In this document: positions 44,040 through 57,097 of the stretch, piece after piece | Layout: every line of letters begins with the position of its first letter | Numbering within the stretch: position 1 is the stretch's first letter | From: Octopus vulgaris | Taxonomy: Eukaryota | Reading direction: 5' to 3' | Assembly: GCA_951406725.2 (NCBI GenBank) | Contig: OX597827.1 | Location: 20,584,001 to 20,648,000, forward strand | Length of the DNA: 64,000 nt | Made by a program: the position numbers and the translations under genes | The notes under the pieces: generated by a model | What the model was told of the DNA's origin: nothing | Database searches by the model: none | What the model saw: the letters and a program-made list of their open reading frames with translations, nothing else

Positions 44040-44378
44040 TTGTGTGTTTCAGTTATTGGACTGCAGTCATGCCGGTGTGGGGTGGCATTGCCTTGGAGAC
44101 ATTTCAGTCAAACAAATTGACCCCGGTATTCTTTTTTAAGCTTGGTATTTATTTTATTGGTCTCTTTTGCCAAACTGATAAGTTATGGGGATGTAAACAC
44201 ACCAACACTGGTTGTCAAGCAGTGGAGGGAGACAAACATATACACACACACACTCACAAGGCTATGGTTGACTCAAAGTTATGGTTGACCCAAGGCTATG
44301 GTAGAAGACGCTGAAGGTGCCATGCAACCCAGAACCATGTGGTTGAGAAGCAAACTTCTTACTACAGAGCCATGCTTG
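44040..44378 (-). mobile_element. SINE family B, diverged and internally deleted
   Basis: Homologous to 11037-11427. Confidence 0.75.
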
Positions 44379-44489
44379 TGTCTATAATTATATATACCTA
44401 CAAACAATATTTCGATATATCTATATATGTGTATATATATATATGCACACACACGCAAAACATGCACAAAACACATACATAAAAAAAAG

Positions 44490-44828
44490 AAGGAGAAGGA
44501 CCCCCTTCGGTCGTGACTGACCAAGGGATTGCACCTAGAAAGTTACCCTCCAAGGCACAAGTCTGGGCAAGGTTGTTCATGGAAGACCAGTCGCCCATGC
44601 ATACCAGCCCCTCTCGCCACACCACCGATGTTATCCAAGGGAAAGCAAAGGGGCCGATACAGCTTGGAACCAGTGACATTGCAACTCATTTCTACAGCTG
44701 AGTGAACTGGAGCAACGTGAAATAAAGTGTCTTGCTCAAGAACACAACACACAGCCCGGTCTGGGAATTGAACTCATGACCTCATGATTGTGAGCCTGAT
44801 GCTCTAACCACTGAGCAATGCATCTTCA
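44490..44828 (-). mobile_element. tRNA-derived SINE, family D
   Basis: Homologous to 9751-10095. Confidence 0.85.
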
Positions 44829-44930
44829 CATAAAATCATATATATATCTATATCTCTCTCTCTATAATATATAGTTTTTGGATTTGGTTTGCAAGATTCT
44901 TTATGTGAGTTCATGTGTTGAAGCATATTC

Positions 44931-45209
44931 TGTTGAGTCTGGGGAGAGACATTCTCTTTTAGTGCCTTATAATTTAACACACTCACCAGTAAAATTTCCA
45001 CTCATTTACTTATTTATTCTTCTGAAATTTTCATTGCCTCTTGCAACCTTTTCAATAGTTGTTGACTCTATCCATTATTCAAGCTGTGTTCTTTTTGTTT
45101 GTTTCTGCACATGAGTGTGGGTCAGTGTATGTAAATGAGTGGAAATTTTACCGGTGAGTGTGTTAAATTATAAGGCACTAAAAGAGAATGACTCTCCCCA
45201 GGCACAACA
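44931..45209. repeat. Inverted repeat with ~79-bp arms
   Basis: 44931-45009 is the near reverse complement of 45131-45209. Confidence 0.85.
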
Positions 45210-45420
45210 ATATATATACATACATATATACATATATATATAGTATGAAGTAAGATAGGGGTTATGGGTGTAATCCACTATGGGATATCATTTATCCAAT
45301 ATACTGTTGGTAAAGTACCCAAATTTTTAATACATAAATGTTTATAATTGCAATGAAATTAAGTCATTTATTGTATTAAACGAGTGAAGGTAAAGAAATA
45401 TTTTTACCGTAAATTTATAA

Positions 45421-45684
45421 TACAAATAAGAAAATGGAGAAACAAATATGGTTTATTCATCAACTTACGGATATTATAATGTTGGATTATTTATTCATTT
45501 TACAAATGAGAACATCAAAAGCATACAAAAATATTATATAAATCTATTATCTTATCTATTGATTTATATAATATTTTTGTATGCTTTTGATGTTCTCATT
45601 TGTAAAATGAATAAATAATCCAACATTATAATATCCGTAAGTGGATGTATAAACCAAATTTGTTTCTCCATTTTCTTATTTGTA
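45421..45684. repeat. Near-perfect palindrome with 124-bp arms and a 16-nt loop
   Basis: 45421-45544 versus 45561-45684; about 3 mismatches counted by eye. Confidence 0.92.
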
Positions 45685-45803
45685 TATATATATATATATA
45701 TATATACGAGCTTTATACTCTACTATGTTCTTAACAGAATATAAGCTGTATATATATATATATATATATACTTTATTTAAAGCAGCAGAAAATTCAACAA
45801 AAT

Positions 45804-45841
45804 CTGTTACTCTGAGTTTCTCGTCGCCGTTCATCAGACAG
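45804..45841 (-). ncRNA. Minimal type I hammerhead ribozyme-like motif (Penelope-associated type)
   Basis: Minus strand reads ctgt-CTGATGA-acggcgacga-GAA-ACTC(A)GAGT-A-acag: both core boxes, palindromic stem III, GUA cleavage triplet and stem I ctgt/acag. Stem II is short with a terminal mismatch. Confidence 0.6.
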
Positions 45842-45859
45842 TTTTTATGTGTTTACTCC

Positions 45860-45913
<54 letters not shown>

Positions 45914-46018
45914 TAGAGTATAAAACTCGTCCACCTTCAGGTTCCTCCTGGTGCTATCCAGCAGTCGTAATATTTGTACTGTTAGATTTGCATTGGGACT
46001 TCTATGGTGTGTGAATGG

Positions 46019-46128
46019 ATAATTGAATGAGTTGGAGTCAACAAGAAGGAGTACAGAGGAACCTTGTAGTGACTATAAATCAATGTTCCTCTGCACTCTT
46101 TCTTGTTGACTCCACCTTATTCAATTAT
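46019..46128. repeat. Hairpin with ~49-bp arms
   Basis: ataattgaatgagttggagtcaacaagaa...cagaggaac mirrors gttcctctg...ttcttgttgactccaccttattcaattat. Confidence 0.85.
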
Positions 46129-46385
46129 ATATATATATATATATATATAAATAATGGATGAATGAATTATCCTTTGTTTACTGTTAACATGGAAAATTCA
46201 ATAAACAGTTACCAGGGTAGCAAAATTCACGCAAGTAACATGAATGAAGCGACCTATTCACAAGTTAATGTGCAGTAATTTGAGTAGTATAAGTAAATAA
46301 ATGGAGTTGAACACAGTTGTTATTCAAATTCTTTTGAAAAAGAATTTTAATAACATCTACGTTCAACTCTATTTATTTATTTACT

Positions 46386-46425
<40 letters not shown>

Positions 46426-46457
46426 TATACATATATATATATACATACACACACACC

Positions 46458-46529
<72 letters not shown>

Positions 46530-47037
46530 TTCACATATATATAAGAATATGTACACACACATGCGTGTGCATACACACACACATTCTGATGGTGAATCAA
46601 TGTTTTCTAAAATCTCCTTCAGTGATCAACATATTTGATGATTGCAATGGCCAGAATCTTGGTCTTGACAAACCATAAATTTTAATTTGTTTTATATACC
46701 TATTGCAAATGTACACATGAACACATGCACACACACACTAATACAAATGTATACACACACTAACATGAAAGTATACACATAGAACCATAAATGTATATAT
46801 GCATCAGTAAATGTAAACGCATGATGCTGAGTGTACTTGCTCTCCTAGTTAAGCTTTGAACATCATATTCATCAAATACACACACACGCACGCACGCACA
46901 CACACACACACACACACAAGTCAAGAAGGGAGCCTCTGGACAGTTATTCAATGTATTTGATATAATAGTCAAAAGCCCCCATCAAAACATAATGTCTTAA
47001 AATAGGAAGGTCACAGTGGACAATGTTGTCCTAGATA

Positions 47038-47178
47038 TTAGGTTGTCCCAAAAGTACGTAAACACTTGCGAAAATTGAATTTTTACTCGCCAAGTACTAA
47101 CAAAAACAACAAAAATTATTCCTCAAAATAAAGACCATTATTTTCCAAGACTTTCTACGAACTTTTGGGACAACCTTA
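47038..47178. mobile_element. 141-bp mariner-derived MITE
   Basis: TIRs ttaggttgtcccaaaagtacgta / tacgaacttttgggacaacctta, with TA on both sides. Confidence 0.85.
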
Positions 47179-48999
47179 TATATACTGAGATGGACTGGTC
47201 AAGGCTGAAATGTCTTTGATCATAGATCTGTGTACCCAGGGCTGACCAGGGACTAAACAAACGCTAAGTACACACACACACACACACACACAGAGAAAGC
47301 ATGGAAAATGTACAGGATGTGCAGCACATAACCGTTTACACTAGACCTTCTCTTTTCAGTGGTGAAACGTTTAGGTGGTGGTGGTCGTGGCAGTGCTGCT
47401 GTAAGTAGTGGTGGTGGAGGTAGTGTAGGTACGGACGACCGTTAGTGAAGATAATAGTATTAGTGGTGGTGGTGGAGGTGGTTTGTTTGATGGCTGTGGG
47501 GGTTTCAGAAATAGTGATGGCCATAACAGGCAAATGGCGATGGTGATGATGATAGTGATGGTGATGGCGGTAGTGATGGTGGTGATGATGATGATGATGA
47601 TGACAACAATGATGTGTTATTGGTCTACATTACTAAGTCAGCATGCATCCAATGTAGCAACAACAACAACAACAACAGCAGCAGCAGCCAGCTCAAAACA
47701 ACAACTACAACAACAACAACACTGCATTCATTTTGTCAAATGAAAATATGAAACCGGATGACAGTAGAGGTGGTGGTTGTGGTGGTGGGGGGAGGAGGGT
47801 ACATTTAGCAGTTGCATGGAGGAGGAGGAGGAGGATTCAGTATAGATTACAGAATTCTGTTGTTGGTGGCGGCGGTGGTTGTTGTGCTGAATATAGTTAC
47901 TGTGAAGAAGGTTGCTTAATGTAAACATAGTTCGGGTAGTAGTACTACTAGTGGTGATGATTTGGTTAACTGTTTACTACAGCAATATCTGATCCAAATA
48001 ATCAACCTGTTTTATGAACTTCATTCTGTAACCATTGTCAACCTGTTTTATGTTCAAACTGGCCATGTCCAGCTTCTCACACACACCCTACAATGTTGTT
48101 GAAAACAAGATGAATAAATACGAATAATGTTTGACAGAGTCACTTGAATGCTGAAGGGTTAAAAACTACAATTGGTATTTAGTCAAATAATGAGCAACTC
48201 TTTTAAAAGAAGACTATCAGTCGTTTACATTTGAGTGATGATTGAAAGTTTTAGCAAGATAGCTGTGGTCAACTTTAGTCAAGCAGTATTGGTCATCAGG
48301 ATTTCTTAGGAAGGAGTAGTTATTGACCCTCAGTACATAACTGGTACTTTATCAACTTCCTGGATGATGAATCAGACAAAATCAGTTTTAGAATTTTCTT
48401 GACACTTTGGATTCTCAAGATAGAGAAATGGCTGGCCACATGTAGCATCATGCTTTTACTTCATGTTCTCAGTGTGTGTGTGTGTGTGTAGTGATGAGCT
48501 GACAAAGCCACTGTTTTAGTCCTCCTGCCCTTGATGCAGTGGAATATCAAGGATGAAACAGCTGGAGGTAGGGAAAAAAGGTTGCCTCAACATTAAGATG
48601 GAGCAATAGGAAATGGAGTGGCTTGCTCAAGGACACAAGTCCCCCCCCCAGTCTGGATATCGACTGGACAATCTTAATGATCAGAAGCTCTGCTCATACT
48701 CTTTCATCTAATATTCAAATTCAGAAGACAAGGACTAAATGCCACTCTGTACTTGAGCAGCCATTTCACTGATTCTAACATTCTGTTGCAGCATTATCAA
48801 ATAATAATGGTAATAATAATGGATTCAAATTTTGGCACAAGGCCAGCAATTTTGGGGTAGGGGTAAATTGATTATATTGACTCCCCCCCTCCCCAGTGAT
48901 CAATTGGTACTTATTTCATTGATCCTGAAAGGCAAAGTTGACCTCAGTGGAATTTGAACTCAGAATGTAAAGCTAAACATCTTTCCCAGCTGGTCGTCT

Positions 49000-49040
49000 T
49001 AATAATAATAATAATAATGATGCTGATGATAATTATAATG

Positions 49041-49092
<52 letters not shown>

Positions 49093-49268
49093 TAATAATA
49101 ATAATAAAAATAATAATAATAAAAATAATAATAATCATAATAAAAATAATAATGATAATAAAAATTAAAATAATGATAATAAAAAAATAATAATAATAAT
49201 AATGAAAATAATAATAATAATAATTGTAATAATAATAATAATAGAATGATAATAAAAATAATAATAAA
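49000..49268. repeat. Imperfect (AAT)n microsatellite
   Basis: Directly visible. Confidence 0.97.
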
Positions 49269-50314
49269 ACCTTGTCGTTATTGTCAGTGTCAGTAGTTGT
49301 TGTGGTAAGATGGTGGCTGTTGTAGCAGTGGAGATGGTTGTTTAGGTGGTAGTTATAAGTTTGGTAGCTTGTTTAGTGAGAGGGTAATAGAGCAATATCT
49401 ACAACTATGGGTGGAAGTGTTAGTACAGGTAAATATGAAGTAGTTTTAGTGGTAACAAAGGATGACTAGTAAAGGTGCTAGTAGTGCTGGGTGTTTTTAC
49501 ATGTTATGGTACAAGTGATTGTAATGGTGGTACTACACTAGAGGTGATGGTTGGAGACAGTTCTATGGGTCATACTACGGCTGTTAGTACAGGCAGATGT
49601 GTAGGTGCTAGTATCGATGGGTGAATCTGTGCTGACAGCAGAGGCGATAGTTTCATAAAAATGTACCCCAGGTGGTTCTTAAGTAAATATACTAAGAAAA
49701 GTATAGGTGCATCTACAAGTGGTGATATGGGTGATAGTGTTAAAAGCGGTGGATCATTTGGAGGTTGGTGTTGGTGCTATTATTACTAAGCTTCCTGTAG
49801 ACTCTTGCAGGTTATATGATGTTCCATTGAGTCTCTCATACAACGATGGCCACAAGGATACAAAAGCTCAACCTTGACATCTTTATCCCGTTTTCCTCCT
49901 CTTTTCTCTGTATGTTTTTTTTCTTTTGAGGGGAGAGGATAAGCCTAATACCTGACTGCTGCTTTATTTTATTGACACTGAAGGAATTAAAGGCAAATTT
50001 AACCTTGGAAATATCTGAACTTAGAATCTACGAAAGCAATACCACAAAGCATTTTGTACAACGTGTTAACGATTCTGCCAGCTTTCCATTTTAATGATTA
50101 TTTCATTGTCCACTTTTACATGCTGGCATGGGTTGGACAGAGTTTGTTGAGGCAGATTTTCTACATAAGGGATGCCTTTCCTGTTGCCAACCTTTGCCTG
50201 TCTCCAAGCAAGGTAATATTTTCTCATGGCCAGACATGTTTTTGCAGAACATTGAAAATGAATGACATTAATTTACAGCAATCCACATACACACACACAC
50301 ACACACACGTACAT

Positions 50315-50349
<35 letters not shown>

Positions 50350-51599
50350 CATGCACACACACACACACACAGAGGCACACACACATGCATACACTCCTCC
50401 CCCATATATACATGATAAGCTTCTCTGTTCCAGTCTGTGCCCAATCCACTCACAAAGCTTCGGTTGGTCTGGGGCTAGAGTAGAAGCTACATATGCCTTA
50501 GGGGTGCCATGCAGTGGGACTCAGGTTGGGAGGCCAACTTCTCAACCACACAGTCATATTGGCACATATAATAATAACAATAGGGGTCATGGTGAGAAGG
50601 TTCATGTTGAGGTATGAATAATGTATTGCCCCCATTGTTTGGAGAAGGGTTTCTGTAATGGAGATGATTTCAATAAACAAAGGTGCTGAATTGATTTATT
50701 AGTTTCTTTTGGTGTTAGTCAGGAATAAGGGCCTCTGCCCACAACCTTGCAAACTCTCTGAGAGCAATGAGACTGATGTGATAGATGCTATAGACCTAGA
50801 AAGGGTCATTGGCTAAGCTAATACTGTTAGCATTTGAATTCAAATCAGAAAGGGATGTGAGTAAATGCCACACAGCAGTCAGTGTGACACACATGCACAC
50901 ACACGTTCACACACACACATATATACACACACATACACGCATGCACACGCACACACATACACGTATGGACACACGCATACACACACTAGTTTTTCAAAGT
51001 GAGGTGCAATTTTAACAATTCACAAAAGAAAGGAATGAGAATGTGTGATGTTGTTTTTTGCCAATGATGTTGGAGATGCACCGATGTGAAGCAGGAATCA
51101 AGAAGAGTGGGATGTGAATTTGATTTGTGACATGAAACCAATGATTTATTCCTGGAAGAAATGGTGGACATTGTAAGTTTATCTGGTCAAGAATTTAACT
51201 GCTAAACACTTAATCTCTTAATCTCTTGATCAGGGTTTTAGAAAGACGATGAAAAAGAAGAATGATACCAACATGATGATGCTGATGATAATGATGATGA
51301 TAACAGTGGTGATGATGATGGTGGTGGTGATTGAAGATTATGATGATTGTGGTAATGAAAATGCTGGTGTTATGATGATGATGATGATGATGGTGATAAC
51401 AGAAACAACAGTGGTTACTATAGCAACGGCGATAACAATTCCCATGGATCATTTGCTAAAACAACAAAAACATCAACAACAATAACAACAATGTCAGCAG
51501 CAGCAGCAGCAACATCAGCAGCAGGAGCATCGGCAGCAGCAACAACATTAACTAATAATGGCAAGGATCACCAGAAGAACATCGAAACAACAACGAAAT

Positions 51600-51915
51600 A
51601 GTTTTAGTAGCAAATAGAAAAGGAAGAAGAGAAGGGGGAAAGGAAGAGGAAGCAGAGAAGAGGGGAAAAGGAAGAGGAAGGAGAGCTGATGAAGAGAAAA
51701 ACGAGGGAAAGATTCCACAACAGAATTATTGGTAAAGCTGACCAAGACATGACATTTAAAGCATGAAAGAGAGAGAGAGAGAGGGGGGGGGGAGAGAGGA
51801 AAGAGAAGAGAGAAAGCAAGAAAGTGGCAGAGACTGGAGTGACTGGAGCAAGAGAGTTAATGAGAGGGAGAGAGAGAGAGAGACAAAGATAGAGTGAAAG
51901 AGCGGAAAAGGCGGG

Positions 51916-51973
<58 letters not shown>

Positions 51974-52125
51974 CAGAAAGACACAGATACAGAGACAGAA
52001 AGAATGAGAGAGAGAGAGAGAGAGAGAGAGAAAGAAACAGAAAAAGTGAAAGGGTGGGAGGGAGAAGAAAGAAAGACTGAAAGAAAGAGAGAGAGAGAGA
52101 GAGACGGACAGACAGACAGAGAATA
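51600..52125. repeat. GA-rich polypurine tract with (GA)n runs
   Basis: Directly visible. Confidence 0.9.
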
Positions 52126-53352
52126 ATGAAAGAAGTATAGCTTGAGAATGTGTGAACACCTTGCAATGGCTGACTGGAGCTTTTGGTGAGGCCAAGCAAC
52201 TCCCCTGGAAGTAAAAAGAGAAACAAACAAAAACAATGGCAAACAGTCAAAGTTTAGTCAGACAGACAGGCAGCAGTGTTATTGTACAACAACAACAACT
52301 ACAATAATAGTATTCTTCTGATTATTACATTAAACATTGCACAGCAGAGTGCAGCAGTGTGATGTTAAAAGATAGCAGTGTAATCCATAGATGACTGCAG
52401 TGTAATCTAACAGCAATTGTGCAGTGTCATTTTAGCAGTAGCGGCAGCAGCAGCAGCAGCAGTGTAATTGGGTTGAGCAATGGAATTTGACTGATAACAG
52501 TTGAATGTGTAACAAATGTCGCAAACATGTTTTAATGCAACATTGATTAACCAAAGCTGAAATCACTTAAAAGTAGATTAATTCAATGAAAACTCGTTTA
52601 CTCAAGCTCAACCGACCACCAAACTACTAACTGGACCAAGTCTTATTAAAAATTAGTATTACCTAATGGAAACGAACCTAAAATAAATAATCTGACCTTG
52701 CATAACTAAACTAATTAATTTATCTAACCCAGTTAACTTGACGATAGCAAACTAATCTAATCAAACTGAATTCATCAGGTATATTTGATTTGAAGCCTCT
52801 GTTTCTATGTTTCGCTGCAGGGGGATATATTAGATAGATAGTTAGATAGAGAGAGAGAGAGAGAGGAGTTTCACAACACTAATTTGTCCTTGCTGCAATA
52901 TCTGTAACATTTAGTCACTTGTGTACTAAACACACTATGCCCTATATACATATATATATATAGTATACACTCACTTCCCTATGATGGGTTTTGTTATGAT
53001 GTAATCTAAGAATGCATCAATAAAATGCTACCGAAACAGCTGTTGTGAATTTTGAATCACATGTTTTTCTTTTCTACATTTGTTACACTTGAAAACAGTC
53101 ATGGTTTGGATCTTTGGTTTATATTGGATTTGGTACCTGCGTGTGTGTGTGTGTGTGTACATACCTGTAGTATACCACAAATAAATGACAACAAACGGTT
53201 CTTTTACCTTACTGTCAACTCAATACTAAGTATCCAGCCAGTCCTAGTGTCCTACTTGTTGATATGCCTGGATTCTAATGAATCCTATAACTAATCTATC
53301 TATATATATATAGTATAGTAGCTATAGCCTATGGTTATATATAAAGTAAACT

Positions 53353-53765
53353 CAGATCTTTTCGGTTTGAACGGCAGTTTTTAACATAATTTCTAGGTAA
53401 CTAAAAAATTTGTAACTTCGTATACTGGTAGAATGTGCTTATAAAACATCTTTTTCTCTTGGCTTTATTGAGGACATTCTATGGTTTGTAAGATATTTGT
53501 TGTTTTTTTCTTCAATTTCTGCAATTTCAATCAATCACTGACGTCCATTGAGGTAAAAAGCACTCTGTGCCGTATGAATATGTCCCTCGTTTAAGAAACA
53601 GATTGGGTTTATTTACATTTGTGAAGAAAAAAAGATACCCTTCCCCCTACCCCTAACCCTAAAATAGATTGAAATGCAATAGATCGATACTAGGGTCATA
53701 ATTATGGGTGACAATTTCATATGACACCGCCAGAAAAAACTGCTGTTCAAACTGAAACGATCCGT
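53353..53765. mobile_element. Same MITE family, copy 2
   Basis: Collinear and highly similar to 5911-6323 over its whole length, with slightly decayed TIRs. Confidence 0.9.
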
Positions 53766-54509
53766 AAACACTATACAGGCATGCATCAACTTATGCCATT
53801 TCAAGTGACATCTTTTTTTGGTGGGGGAGAAAGAAAGCTTGGCTTTTGTCAACTTATCCAACTTTATGTTTCTGTTCCAGCAAACATATTTGAAAGTATA
53901 AAAATTAATCAAACAGCAACGGGGGAAATCAAATAAAATACTTGTGAAAATGTGTACAAACTATTTGATCAATCAGCTATGATGTCATATTTAGGATGTT
54001 AGACTGTAATCGTCAGTTTGTGGTGTTGTTTCTCAGACTTAGCATTACATCAAGTTCTTGAGTAAAACACTTCAATCACATATTTATTCAGTGTTATGCC
54101 ATTTTTCTAGATAAGTTGCATGTCTTGGAAACTGATTACCAATATAAGTTAAACTATGCCTGCATAGCTGTACTCTATAAATGTATCTATAATATGCTTT
54201 GTAGATATGTATAGTATATGCTGTGTGTCTGTACCCCATAAATATACAGAGAGGGTGGTGAAAACAGTGATCAGACCTACTTTGGATGGTGTTTGGGTGA
54301 GTGGAACTTTCTTCAAGCTAATGCTTCTTTAAAGAGTGGGGCAGGGGAAACTCATCATCTACCCCCATGTGGCATAAACTCTAACTATACTGCTGATATA
54401 GTAATATCACTCCCACGATAATATCCCACGATAATATCACCGATATTACATATCTTGTGATAATATTGTCTCTGTCTAGTTAGGAAATAGTAAACATTAT
54501 AATATAACC

Positions 54510-54778
54510 TTACTTACTTACTTACATACATACATACTTACATTACTTACTTACATTCATACATACTTACATTACTTACTTACTTACATACATACTTACA
54601 TACATACATACTTACATACTTACATACATACATACTTACATACATACATACATACACACACACATACACACACACATACATACACACATGCACACATACA
54701 TACATACATATACATATACACACACACATATACATATATATACACACACACACATATACATACACACACACACACACC
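54510..54778. repeat. (TTAC/ATAC/CA)n compound microsatellite
   Basis: Directly visible. Confidence 0.95.
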
Positions 54779-55047
54779 ATATGTTTGATAATACAAACAT
54801 TTGTGTAATGGTCACTGTCTCTAGATATAATTGTGCACTTCTATAGGAAATATAAGCAAAGGACTGGGAGAATATTGGGCCTTGTTGGTGCAGAGTTCTT
54901 TGAGAAGATAATATGATTTACTTCTATGTGGGGTTTCTGAATCCTTATTGTTATATATTCTAAGATATTGATATAACATATATATGAATTATATAACATA
55001 AAAGAATTTCCTTAGGATATCTTTATGATTTGTTTAATGTAATAATG

Positions 55048-55102
<55 letters not shown>

Positions 55103-55103
<1 letters not shown>

Positions 55104-55498
55104 CTTTATATATAAAAGTGAAGTTGTGTGTCTGTCTCCTATGATTTAGATTCCTAACTACTCCCACATTTTGTGGTGCAGTGTAACCAAAAGCGGGTAT
55201 CTTATAGTCGTGATTCATATCGAGCCCTTCTGGGTATTAGTGCGCATCTACGATGAGTCTACGATTAAAAAAACAATTTACCATCATTTTTTCCCATTTT
55301 TAATGCATTTTTTTGCTATTATATAAGGGAAGTAACTCTCTAAAAATGTATTATTAAATCTCAGAATGTGAAAAGCTACAGTAACACCCCTGCTTTGTGG
55401 TTAGCCATATTGAGATGGCTATTATACTTTACCTCTCTAAAAATGCTTATATAGTTATTTCCCTTACAAACCCGAGTAACGCCGGGCGATACTGCTAG
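55103..55498 (+). mobile_element. Non-autonomous Helitron
   Basis: 5' TC start (a|TCTTTATATATAAAA), subterminal GC hairpin cccgagtaacgccggg (55471-55486), 3' CTAG end, inserted between A and T with no TSD. Confidence 0.85.
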
Positions 55499-56178
55499 TA
55501 ATAATTATAATAATAATATGGTGAATGACAGCATATGATGTCATATTTAAGATGTTGGACTTATAATTGTCAGTTTGTGGTCTTGTTTCTCAGACTTAGT
55601 TGTTACATTAAGTTCTTGAGTAAAACACTTCATTTCACAATCACTCCAATCAATTCAGCTGGAGATAAGTGCCAGTGACGTGTAGGGTTCGTGACCCTTT
55701 CAGGGAGTGGGGCACACTTTTCTACTAATTTTATCCCTTGTAAACCACAGACATTGGGATAAACTGTGGCCTAATGAACCTGTAGGCTCATGGTAGACCT
55801 TTATATCTCTCGTAAGCACCCCCACCTCGGAGAATGGTTACCCATTCCTGGTGCAAACCTAGATACCATGAGGATCTTCATTTTTTTTTTGTCATCTGCA
55901 TGCTTATGGGGTTGTGACATTTTTTTGTTTTGTTTTTACTTAAGTTTGTATGAATAAAGAACTTAATTGAGGATGTTTAACTCAAATCAACTGGGTTTGT
56001 ATGCCTATCTGCAGGGATCAGAAACAGTTGTCACCAACCTAGCTGCCTCCTAGTCTTCTATGTAAAGATCTTTGGTCTGAAAGATTTCAACACTCTGGAT
56101 GGAGAACATAATTTGTCATTAACATTATGATACATCATTAATAACATAATCTCCGTAGTAGTAGCAGTAGTAGTGATT

Positions 56179-56465
56179 AAGGCACATGGTCTAGTGGTTA
56201 GGGTGTTACACTCAAGATCACTAGATCATGGGTTTGATTCCCAGACTAGCTGCGCATTGTGTTGTTGAGCAAGACACTTCATTTCATGTCGCTCCTGTCC
56301 ACTCAGCAGTAAGTGGGGAACACTGATGGAGTAGCCGTCCTATCAGGAGGGAGGCTGGCATGCTCACTTAGTCAGCAAGGTGGCTTTTCATTCCAAAGCT
56401 AAAACAATGTGAAGTGCATTGTGATCAGTGATGTATCACAATGTCTGACAGTCTGGTCCATCACG
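56179..56465 (+). mobile_element. tRNA-derived SINE with a family D-like head and a different tail
   Basis: Head tggtctagtggttag...ggtttgattccc...gttgagcaagacactt. The tail is also seen at 39972-40083. Confidence 0.7.
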
Positions 56466-57097
56466 AGTAGTAGTAGTAGTAGTAGTAGCTCTCTGACATT
56501 GTAGACATAATATATAGTACAGTCTCTTTATACACACAATTAACGAAAATTTGTAACTTTGACTTAAGATGACAAACTTGCAAAGAGAGTGACTGGAGTT
56601 GATTAAATTGATTGATTACACAATTGATACTGACTGATGTGTGTTTTAGAAAACTCAGATGATTTGAAGGAATAAAACTAAATGCTACTGCAAGGAAGTA
56701 TCTAGTGCTGTGCTGTTTCATTTCTGCCATTTTGCTGCCCTCCTCTCAAGCATTACAAATATTATTATATCATTGATAATATCTCAGAACTTCAAAAACA
56801 CGCAATAAACATTGCCATTCCATATCTGTCAAACATCTAACACTGGAATCTGCTATAGATTATCTATAGACTACCATTATTAGAGAGATGCTAGGCTACC
56901 ATAACAATACAATGTGTTAAAATATTAGAAATCAACCATTTACAATTGTCGTAATTAAGCTATTGTCAGGAATTGATATACAAGTCTTCTACATAGAACA
57001 TGTTTGACAGAACTTCAGAACTATTTATTAAATTTTAGAGAGAAAACATTAAAAAGTAAAAAAAAAAGCAAACATATTGAAGGATAAGAGAACTCAC

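Larger units (their letters stand above)
25318..57097 (-). other. 31,780-nt phase-1 GT-AG intron interrupting the macrodomain
   Basis: Donor and acceptor phases match, and joining them restores the contiguous macrodomain motif SIAFPPISTGSFG. Confidence 0.88.

Noticed and set aside
57021-57097. C-terminal tail of the 887-aa ORF (EFSYPSICLLFF...)
   Set aside because: It lies beyond a consensus GTGAGT donor and is intronic read-through; the macrodomain continues at 25317.
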